NCBI GenBank assembly: GCA_000997945.1
Contig: LCCP01000002.1
Location: forward strand, 14,284-78,283
Origin: Parcubacteria group bacterium GW2011_GWC2_42_12
GTDB lineage: Bacteria; Patescibacteriota; Patescibacteriia; Patescibacteriales; GWC2-42-12
Direction of reading: 5' to 3'
Length of the DNA stretch: 64,000 nt
The position numbers and the translations under genes were made by a program. Positions 1 to 7,809 of the stretch are shown piece by piece. How positions within the stretch are numbered: the stretch's first letter is position 1; the number at the start of each line of letters is the position of its first letter. The notes beneath the pieces are model-generated. The model worked only from the letters and a program-made list of their open reading frames with translations. It was not told the DNA's origin and did not search any database.

Positions 1-93
1 CTCTATGGGAACTGCCTAGAAGATGTAAGTGCGGGAGTAAAAAATGCCGCAAAATTATAAAATCAATTCAGTTTTTGCCTAAAGAGGTGTTTA

Positions 94-312
94 ATGGCTA
101 TTTACCATATATATCAAAATATTTTCAGCAAGTTTATATTAAATATCATAAAAACAAAAACAATGGGAAATAAGTCAAAAAAATTCATAGTCATTTTTAT
201 TATTTTGGTATTTTTATCAATAGTTTTTTCGTATTATACTTTTGTGATTAAAGAAAATTTTGAAATTTTTACGGATGAAAAAGCATTTAATGAAGCCTTG
301 TTAGAAGAATAA
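94..312 (+). CDS. hypothetical small membrane protein
   Basis: 72-aa ORF with one hydrophobic segment; no recognisable motif. Confidence 0.25.
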   Translation: MAIYHIYQNIFSKFILNIIKTKTMGNKSKKFIVIFIILVFLSIVFSYYTFVIKENFEIFTDEKAFNEALLEE

Positions 313-316
313 TTAT

Positions 317-1923
317 ATGGAAACATCAATTCAAACATTCGTAGAGATGTGTCAATGGGATACTGCAAAATTTTTAATTATCTCTGATAATGTTTTTGCG
401 CCTCTTATATATTATTCTCACTTTTTTGCTTTGATACCCTCTTTTTTTATAGGTTTAATTATTTTTTTAAAAGATAGGAAGTCTTTAATAAGCCAAGTTT
501 TATTTTTTATTACCACAACTTTTTCATTATGGGTATTTGCTGATCTTGTCTTATGGGCAAATGAAAAACCTGGCCTTATAATGTTTTTTTGGTCATTACA
601 AGTCATTATTGAGCCGATAATTTATGCTGCCTGTGTTTATTTCATTTACATATTTATAACCAAAAACGACATAAGTCTTAAAAAAAAGTTAGGTATCACA
701 GTTTTTCTTATACCAACCATTCTTTTTGCATCAACGAAATTTGCACTCCTCGGATTTGATTTAAGTAATTGTTATCGAGAAACAACAGAAGGGCCACTTA
801 CTTTATATGGATATGGTATTGAGATTATTTACACATTATGGATACTATTTTTTACATTCCGTAAATCTTGGGATGCAACAAGAGGAGAAAAAAGGCAGAT
901 CATTTTTATTGCGACAGGTATAATATTATTTTTACTTAGTTTAACTTCTGGAAATATCATAGGGAGTTTGACTGAAAACTGGACCTTAGCGCAGGCTGGT
1001 CTTTTTGGCATGCCAATATTCGTAGCATTTTTAGCTTATATGATTGTGAAATTTAAAGTGTTTAACATAAAACTAATTGGAGCACAAGCGCTTGTGTTTG
1101 CCCTTGGATTTTTGGTACTTGCCATATTATTTATAAGAAAGATTGAAAATGTCCGGGTGGTGGTAATTTTAACTTTATTATTTTCCAGCAGAGAGAAGAA
1201 CTGGCCAAACTTAATGTTGATTTGCAAAATCTCTTAAAGCAAAGGGAAGCCCTGGTGCATTTAGTTACCCATAAAGTTAAGGGCTCATTTACCAGATCCA
1301 AATACATTTTCGCCGAATTGCTGGAAGGCGCTTTCGGCGTTATTTCGCCGGAAATGAAGGACATAGCGGAAAAAGGTTTACGCTCGGATAATGAAGGCAT
1401 TAAGACGGTTGACTTGGTTTTAAGCGCGGCCAACCTGCAAGGCGGCAAAGTTAAATATGACATGAAACCGATTGATTTTAAGAAGCTGACCGAGGAAATT
1501 GTTAATAGTAAAAAAGAACAGGCCAGTCAGAGAGGCCTGAAATTAAAGGTCGAAATTAAAGCTGGCAGTTATAATATTTTGGGCGATGCCCCTTGGCTTA
1601 AAGAGGCGGCGCAGAGTTTCGTGGACAATGCTTTAAAATACACTTTGCATGGCAGCGTGACCGTCGGCCTGGAGAAGCGAAACGATAAAGTTATTTATTC
1701 CGTTAAAGACACTGGAGTGGGGCTTACCGCTGATGACAAGCAGAATCTTTTTAAAGAAGGCGGCCGAGGCCAGGACTCGTTAAGGATTAATGTGGACTCA
1801 ACCGGCTATGGATTGTATTCGGCCAAAATGGTTATTGAAGCGCATCAGGGCAGATGCTGGGCCGAATCGGCAGGCCAGGACAAGGGCAGTACTTTTTTCT
1901 TGGAATTGCCGAGACGGGGTTAA
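317..1923 (+). pseudogene. sensor histidine kinase (7TM N-terminal domain, H-box, HATPase_c), interrupted by a 1-nt frameshift in a T-run near 1150-1190
   Basis: Track ORFs 317..1237 (multi-TM) and 1222..1923 (H-box LVHLVTHKVKGSFT, G-boxes, C-term EAHQGRCWAESAGQDKGSTFFLELP). Frame +1 upstream of 1222 reads QQREEELAKLNVDLQNLLKQREALVHL, so the two parts are one gene in two frames. Paralogous to the intact HK at 32889..34481. Confidence 0.55.
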
Positions 1924-2008
1924 ATAGCATCAAACACCAAAACAATCTCCCTAACCCTCCCGCATCAAGCGCGGGACAGGCTCTTTATCAGAGGGGAAAT
2001 AAAAAATA

Positions 2009-2037
2009 GGCGTCTTGAAAAGACGGCCTGTTTTTTT
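2009..2037 (+). terminator. rho-independent terminator hairpin AGGCGTCTTGAAAAGACGGCCT followed by a T-run
   Basis: GC stem with GAAA loop followed by TGTTTTTTT, downstream of the HK stop. Confidence 0.5.
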
Positions 2038-2128
2038 AAATTTGCCGATTATCCGATCCACGGCTAAAAAATTATTTTGACGATTACAAAAATTTGTATT
2101 ATTCGGCTGCTTTTAGTATAATATCAGT

Positions 2129-2545
2129 ATGAAAACAACCAATCCGCCGACTGGCAGGCAAAAATTTAAAATCGCTAAAATCGCTAAAAGATTTCAATTA
2201 AAATTGATTGTTATTTTTGGTTCTTTTGCTGATGGGAAAAATAGAAAGGATAGCGATTTGGACATTGCGGTTTTGGGATTTAAAGAAGTTTCTTTTAAAG
2301 AGCAAATCGGTTTAACAAATGAATTGTCCCATCTTTTTAGCAAAAATGTTGATTTATCGGTTTTAAATAAGGCCAATCCGCTATTGCTTTTCGAGGCCAG
2401 TAAGAAGCCGATTCTACTCTACGGCAGCCGGGAAGAATTTTTGAAATTTAAACTTTACGCTTTTAACGCCTATAACGATTACGCCCCGTATTTTGCCATG
2501 GAAAAAAATTTGAATAAAAAAATAATCAGCGCTTATGCCAATTGA
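2129..2545 (+). CDS. minimal nucleotidyltransferase (MNT-type, antitoxin-like)
   Basis: GSFADG...DSDLDIAV motif (GS-x9-13-DxD) typical of MNT/Pol-beta-superfamily nucleotidyltransferases. Confidence 0.6.
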   Translation: MKTTNPPTGRQKFKIAKIAKRFQLKLIVIFGSFADGKNRKDSDLDIAVLGFKEVSFKEQIGLTNELSHLFSKNVDLSVLNKANPLLLFEASKKPILLYGSREEFLKFKLYAFNAYNDYAPYFAMEKNLNKKIISAYAN

Positions 2546-2684
2546 TAAAAAACTTATCAGTCGAAAAATAACTTTGATAAATTACGATGAAATTGACGCC
2601 AAGAAAGTTTTCGCGGCCATGGTAGCTTGCCTAAAAGATGTTCCGAAATATCTAAAAAATATCGTTAAGTCCCTAGGTTTATAA
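2535..2684 (+). CDS. small ORF overlapping the MNT stop by 11 nt; possible truncated HEPN/HepT-like partner
   Basis: 49-aa ORF MPIDKKLISRKITLINYDEIDAKK..., arranged like a toxin-antitoxin overlap; no HEPN Rx4-6H motif within the retained length. Confidence 0.15.
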   Translation: MPIDKKLISRKITLINYDEIDAKKVFAAMVACLKDVPKYLKNIVKSLGL

Positions 2685-2689
2685 AAAAT

Positions 2690-2815
2690 ATGGACAGCAC
2701 CGATTATGGTTTTTCCACGACCAAGATAGTTGTGGAAGCGCATCAAGGCAAGGGCTGGGAAGATATGGAGGTGGGCCAGGGCAGTATTTTTTATGTGGAG
2801 CTGCCGCTGGCGTAA
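2690..2815 (+). pseudogene. C-terminal remnant (41 aa) of a histidine-kinase HATPase domain
   Basis: Encodes MDSTDYGFSTTKIVVEAHQGKGWEDMEVGQGSIFYVELPLA, alignable with the C-termini of both HKs in the window (…GYGLYSAKMVIEAHQGRCWAESAG..GSTFFLELP). Confidence 0.5.
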
Positions 2816-2831
2816 AAATAAGCAGTATAAT

Positions 2832-4127
2832 ATGAATTGCCAACATTTCAAAAACTTCTTTTTATTTACTGCGGCCGTTATTTTAATTTTGGGCCTATCC
2901 ATTTCTTTCCAATCGCTGCTGGCCGCCTGGACGGCGCCTTCAGTTAATCCGCCGACTTGCGCTAGCGGCAAGCTGGGCTGCGACGCGCCTTTAAATATCG
3001 GGCCGTTGGCGCAAACTAAATTAGGCGCGCTACGAATTGTCAATCAAAATTATCCGGCCAGCCCTTATGGCCTAATTGTTGAGAACGGTAACATCGGCAT
3101 CGGCACAGCCGGGCCTGACAACAAGCTTACCGTCAACGGCGGCGGCTTAACCGGCAGTGGAATTAATAATGTTTTTCGTCTTTCGGGCGGGACCATGACC
3201 AGCGTGAATGACGCTACCGGCTTGCTTTTTATTCAGCGAGATGCCAATGATGACTATGGAGCCGCTATCCGTTCAGTCAACACGCAATCAACTCCCAATT
3301 GGCTTAATCCGCGTTTGGATTTTTTTGTTCAGAACCCTGATACCAATACGCAGGCGAACATCGGAGTAAAAATGAGCATCTTAGGCAACGGCAATGTCGG
3401 TATCGGCACAACCAATCCGTCGTCTAAACTGGAAGTGGCCGGCCAAGTTAAAATCACCGGTCCCTTAGCTGGTTTAGCCATTTCTGGACAGATTTTTGAT
3501 CATCAGACAGATAACTTTTTTTACCTTAATTCATTTGACGGCCTGCAGCTGCGCGTTAACAGCAATGGCGGCGCCGCTAATTTTCAAATTAATAATAGCT
3601 CCAACAGCACGGTTTTTACGGTTACCAACGCCGGCAGAATCGGCATTGGCACGACCAGGCCCACGGACGTTACTAAGCTGGATGTGATCGGCAAGGTGCG
3701 GATCGCGGATGGGACCGAGGGCGCGAATAAGCTCTTTGTTTCCAGCCCGGAAGGGATCGGTTCGTGGCAGAAGGCCTTGCCGGAGATGTACTTTGATAAA
3801 TGGTGCAGCGCGGACGGCACGACTTGCCTAACGCTGTTTGAATTGATCAATCGGCTGAACAACCCGCCGCAGCCGACTACGATCATTAACACTTCTTATG
3901 CTTGGGTTTATGGCGCTTGGAGCGGCTGGATTAACGTTGACGACGAGGATTGCTACGGACGGCCGTGCGTCTGGCAGTACCGCACGCGGAGCGTTACCTG
4001 CGTCGGCGACCAGAGCGGAACAATTGTCGCTAATGCCTATTGTTCGGGCGTGCCAGATCCTGCCTATGAGCGGCGGAGCGGCTCGTTAATTGCCCATAGT
4101 ATAAACAGCGGAAGCCATAAAATTATT
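2832..4127 (+). CDS. secreted repeat protein with IGIGTTxPxxKLxVxG (tail-fibre-like) repeats; no stop codon, runs in frame into ruvA
   Basis: Signal anchor MNCQHFKNFFLFTAAVILILGLSISF; repeats GNIGIGTAGPDNKLTVNG, GNVGIGTTNPSSKLEVAG, GRIGIGTTRPTDVTKLDVIG. The track gives a single 658-aa ORF 2730..4706; the first 34 codons overlap the HK remnant and are probably not translated. Confidence 0.5.
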
Positions 4128-4706
4128 ATGATCTCATATTTAAAAGGGAAAATTAAGCATAAAGCCGCTGGCTTTGTAATTTTAGAAGTAAGTAATATCG
4201 GCTATCAAATTTTTGTTGCCTCTTTGCTTCACGCCGATTTGAATCTAGGCCAGGATTTTGAATTTTGGACCCACCAGCAGGTGCGCGAAGACGGTTTAAA
4301 TTTATACGGTTTCAGCCGGCTGGAAGAGCTGGAATTATTTGAAATGCTGATAGGTATTTCCGGCATTGGTCCGAAATCGGCCCTCGGCATTATGTCAATC
4401 GCCACGGCGGCTGATATTAAGGAATCAATCGTGCGGGGCGATCCGGCTCTCTTAACTAAAGTTTCCGGCATCGGCCGGAAGACCGCGGACCGAGTGGTTT
4501 TGGAATTAAGGGAAAAAATTAGCAAGTTAAGTTTCAAAGATAATAAATTAACCAGAGGCGGCTTGGGTTCAAGCGACGAAATAGACGCTTTAATGGCCTT
4601 GGGTTATTCTTTGTCGCAAGCCAGAGAGGCCTTAAACGGAGTAGAGGCGAAGATAAAAGACAGCGGGGAAAGAATCAGGCAGGCGCTTAAAAAAATGGGG
4701 AAATAA
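4128..4706 (+). CDS. ruvA: Holliday junction DNA helicase RuvA
   Basis: MISYLKGKI...ILEVSNIGYQIFV (OB domain), LFEMLIGISGIGPKSALGIMS and VSGIGRKTADRVVLEL (HhH pairs), C-terminal domain III. Confidence 0.8.
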   Translation: MISYLKGKIKHKAAGFVILEVSNIGYQIFVASLLHADLNLGQDFEFWTHQQVREDGLNLYGFSRLEELELFEMLIGISGIGPKSALGIMSIATAADIKESIVRGDPALLTKVSGIGRKTADRVVLELREKISKLSFKDNKLTRGGLGSSDEIDALMALGYSLSQAREALNGVEAKIKDSGERIRQALKKMGK

Positions 4707-4713
4707 AAAAATT

Positions 4714-5685
4714 ATGCAAATAATTGAAATTACGGATAAAAAACAATTAAATGATTTTGTCAGCTCGCAAAAGATGAGTCAGTTTTTGCAGTCCTGGCAA
4801 TGGGGCGAGTTCCAGAAAAAAGTCAGCGGCATAATTTGGCGGATTGGCGCGGTAGAGGACGGCGAACTTAAGGCCTCGGCTAAGTTGGTAAAAAAGCAAT
4901 TGCCCATGGGCAGAAGTTATTTTTATTGCGGCCGCGGGCCGGTTTTTAAAGATGGAGTTTGGCATGACGCGGCCGGTAATATGTTGCTTAACGAGATTAA
5001 GAGATTGGCCCAGGAAGAAAGTATTATGTTTTTGCGCTTTGATCCGACTTTTTCCGTTGCTAATTTTAAATATCCGCTAATTAAAACCATTGATGTTCAA
5101 CCGTCTAAAACCGTTATCTTAGATTTATCTTCGAGCGAAGAAGAAATTTTAAAGAAGATGCATCAAAAGACCCGCTATAATATTAGATTGGCGGAGAAAA
5201 AGGGCGTAAAAATCGTCGAGTCGGGCGCGGCCAGATTTGAAGAATTCTGGCAGCTTTTAGTTTCCACCGGCGACAGAGATGAATTTAATTTGCACGGCCG
5301 CAGCTACTATCAGGAAATGTTAAAATTTGACAGTAATTTTGTAAAATTATTTTTTGCCGAATCTGAAGGCAAGTTATTGGCCGTGAGTTTAGTTGTTTTC
5401 TTCGGCGATATGGCTACTTATATTCATGGCGGTTCAGCTAACGAAAATCGCGAGGTCATGGCGCCATACGCCCTGCAGTGGCAGATGATTAAGTTAGCCA
5501 AGCAAATGAATTATAAATATTATGATTTTCACGGCGTTGATGAGGTTAAATGGCCGGGAGTGACTCGTTTTAAATTTGGCTTTGGCGCAAAACAAGCAGA
5601 TTACCCGGGAACATTTGACTTAGTCTATGATCAGGGCTGGTATAATATTTATAAGATGGTGAGAAAAGTTAGGCGAACATTTTAG
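4714..5685 (+). CDS. FemAB-family peptidoglycan interpeptide-bridge peptidyltransferase (FemX-like)
   Basis: N-terminal FLQSWQWGEFQKK motif and overall FemAB architecture (~320 aa); adjacent to a Mur ligase gene. Confidence 0.7.
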   Translation: MQIIEITDKKQLNDFVSSQKMSQFLQSWQWGEFQKKVSGIIWRIGAVEDGELKASAKLVKKQLPMGRSYFYCGRGPVFKDGVWHDAAGNMLLNEIKRLAQEESIMFLRFDPTFSVANFKYPLIKTIDVQPSKTVILDLSSSEEEILKKMHQKTRYNIRLAEKKGVKIVESGAARFEEFWQLLVSTGDRDEFNLHGRSYYQEMLKFDSNFVKLFFAESEGKLLAVSLVVFFGDMATYIHGGSANENREVMAPYALQWQMIKLAKQMNYKYYDFHGVDEVKWPGVTRFKFGFGAKQADYPGTFDLVYDQGWYNIYKMVRKVRRTF

Positions 5686-5726
5686 AAAATTTAAAGTTTA
5701 AGATTATTTATAATGGCAAATAACTA

Positions 5727-5837
5727 ATGTCAAATCAAATCTAAATGTCAAATTTCAAATGTCAAAAAATTAATTAATTTGTCATTTAGTTATTTGACAT
5801 TGATTTGGCATTTGTCATTGGATATTTGTCATTTTTT
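5727..5837. promoter_or_regulatory. array of seven (A/T)TTGTCA(A/T)-type motifs in both orientations at ~15-bp spacing upstream of murE
   Basis: aatgtcaaat, aaatgtcaaat, aaatgtcaaaa, atttgtcattt, atttgacatt, atttgtcattg, atttgtcatttt; the same TTGTCATT core forms the termini of the large repeat family. Confidence 0.3.
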
Positions 5838-5860
5838 AACTTTTTATTTATACATTATTT

Positions 5861-7267
5861 ATGGAAAAATCGTTGCATATTATAAAGAAATACATCCCGG
5901 TTAAATTGTTTGTCGCCCTACAGCCGGCTTATCATTGGTTATTTAGCGCCTTAGCCGCCGCTTGGCACGGCTGGCCCAGCCGCAGGTTGATTGTGATCGG
6001 CGTCACCGGCACTACGGGGAAGACCGCCAGCGTTTATTTAATGGCTAAAATGCTGGCCGCGGCCGGATATAGGACCGGTTTTACTTCAACGGCGATGTTT
6101 AATGACGGCCGAAACGAATGGTTAAATGATAAAAAGATGACCATGGCCGGCCGGTTCTTTACCCAGGCAATGTTAAAGAAAATGGTCAAGAATAATTGTC
6201 AGTATGCCATAATTGAAACCACTTCCCAGGGCGTTCTGCAATATCGCCATCGTTTTATTAATTATGACATCTTGGTTTTCACCGGCCTTTATCCGGAGCA
6301 CATTGAAGCTCATGGCAGCTTTGCCAATTATAAGCAAGCTAAAGGCAAATTATTCGCGCATCTCAAAAACTGTAAAACCAAGTATGCCGACGATAAGAAG
6401 CAAGTAATAAAAGCGGAGAATGGTTTTAAAAAAATAGAAGCCAATCGCGTGAAGAAGACGATTATCGCTAACGGCGACGACGAGCAAGCTGATTATTTTT
6501 TGGATTTTTGGGCGGAGAATAAGTATGCGTACGCGCGGGGAAATAAACCAATCAAGAATTTAACAATTGATAGATTAGTATGGTATGGCGAGATTGCTTC
6601 TAGTGGCGATGGCGTGAGTTTTAAAATAGATCAGACGGAAATAAAATTAAATTTGTTGGGCGAATATAACGCGGCTAACGCCATGACCGCGGTTTGCCTC
6701 GGACTTAGCCAGGGGATAGAACCGGCAGAAATTAAAACCGGCTTGGCAAAAGTTAAATCAATTCCCGGCAGGATGGAATTAATAAGAAATGAGCAATCGT
6801 CTTTTACCGTGGTGATAGATTATGCCTTTGAGCCCGAAGCTCTAAAAAAGATCTACGAAACAATCTTAAAATTAGATCATCATAAAATAATTCATGTTCT
6901 CGGTTCGGCCGGCGGCGGCCGAGACGTGGCGCGCCGACCCAAGCTAGGTCAGTTAGCCGGAGAGAAAGCTGATTTGGTAATTGTAACTAACGAAGATCCT
7001 TACGACGACGACCCAAAAATAATTATTGATCAGGTAGCCATGGGCGCGGCCAACGCGGGCAAAATTCTGGACAAGAATTTATTTAAAATAGAGGATAGAA
7101 GAGAAGCCATTAAAAAATCCTTAACGCTGGCGCAAACCGGCGATATAGTTTTAATTACCGGCAAGGGCTGCGAGCAGGCGATTTGCGCGGCCGGTGGCGT
7201 CAAGATTCCCTGGGATGATAGAGAGGTGGTTAGAGAGGAGTTGAGGCGTTTAACTCATAACTCATAA
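5861..7267 (+). CDS. murE: Mur ligase family protein, most likely UDP-MurNAc-tripeptide synthetase MurE
   Basis: P-loop VIGVTGTTGKT; IETTSQGV...RFINYDILVFTGLYPEHIEAHGSFANYKQAKGKLF (Mur ligase central domain); C-terminal domain. Confidence 0.65.
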   Translation: MEKSLHIIKKYIPVKLFVALQPAYHWLFSALAAAWHGWPSRRLIVIGVTGTTGKTASVYLMAKMLAAAGYRTGFTSTAMFNDGRNEWLNDKKMTMAGRFFTQAMLKKMVKNNCQYAIIETTSQGVLQYRHRFINYDILVFTGLYPEHIEAHGSFANYKQAKGKLFAHLKNCKTKYADDKKQVIKAENGFKKIEANRVKKTIIANGDDEQADYFLDFWAENKYAYARGNKPIKNLTIDRLVWYGEIASSGDGVSFKIDQTEIKLNLLGEYNAANAMTAVCLGLSQGIEPAEIKTGLAKVKSIPGRMELIRNEQSSFTVVIDYAFEPEALKKIYETILKLDHHKIIHVLGSAGGGRDVARRPKLGQLAGEKADLVIVTNEDPYDDDPKIIIDQVAMGAANAGKILDKNLFKIEDRREAIKKSLTLAQTGDIVLITGKGCEQAICAAGGVKIPWDDREVVREELRRLTHNS

Positions 7268-7293
7268 CTCATAACTTTGAGTTACAGTTATGA
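7266..7293 (+). terminator. hairpin CTCATAACTttgagttacAGTTATGAG after murE, preceded by a 3x ACTCATA(A) direct repeat
   Basis: Inverted repeat immediately 3' of the murE stop. Confidence 0.35.
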
Positions 7294-7431
7294 GATGTGG
7301 GCTATGAGATTTTGGCTTGTGGATAATTTTCTATTAGAGAAAGTTAGATCGTGATAATAAGAGATATTATAGCTAAGATTAAGCAAAATTAATTACTCTT
7401 GAATAATTTCATAAAATTACTTTAAAAATCC

Positions 7432-7460
7432 TTGACAAGCCGGGCAATTGTTGTTAGTAT
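7432..7460 (+). promoter_or_regulatory. sigma70-like promoter (TTGACA-17 bp-TAGTAT) for the rpoBC operon
   Basis: Perfect -35 hexamer TTGACA, 17-bp spacer, -10 TAGTAT, ~350 bp upstream of rpoB. Confidence 0.5.
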
Positions 7461-7544
7461 TTAATAAGTTTTTAGCCGAATAACATTTGAATAGTTTTTC
7501 CCTCAAATGTCATTTAACTAAAATTTACGAGTGAAGAAAATCAA

Positions 7545-7604
7545 AACGGCTCCGCCAAGATTGAATAAAGCGGAAAAGGAAGGTTGTGTCTAGCCGTTTT
7601 TTTG
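7545..7604 (+). terminator. leader hairpin plus U-tract (putative attenuator) in the rpoB 5' leader
   Basis: AAAACGGCT...AGCCGTTTTTTT, 9-bp stem followed by a T7 run, between promoter and rpoB start. Confidence 0.4.
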
Positions 7605-7809
7605 TTATCTATTTTAAAAATCCCCTGCGACCATCTCAATATATTTTAAATCTAAAATAAGTGCGAATTTACTTCATCAATTAAATATTTCATTTTAATC
7701 AACGCCAACCGACAGTTTGAGATTTTTTGTTTTTTGCAAATATAACCCCTCCTAGCCTCTCTTGTCAGCCGTAGCAGCCTGGCAGGCCAGGGGAGCATAA
7801 TAAAAAAAT

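Noticed and set aside
2730-2831. N-terminal 34-codon extension of the 658-aa ORF (MWKRIKARAGKIWRWARAVFF...)
   Set aside because: Overlaps the histidine-kinase C-terminal remnant in another frame and lacks a signal peptide; the real start is the Met at 2832, followed by a signal anchor.
5727-5837. Possible CRISPR array (regularly spaced short repeats)
   Set aside because: Units are only ~10 nt, alternate in orientation and have irregular 14-20-bp spacing; no longer repeat or spacer structure and no cas genes in the window.
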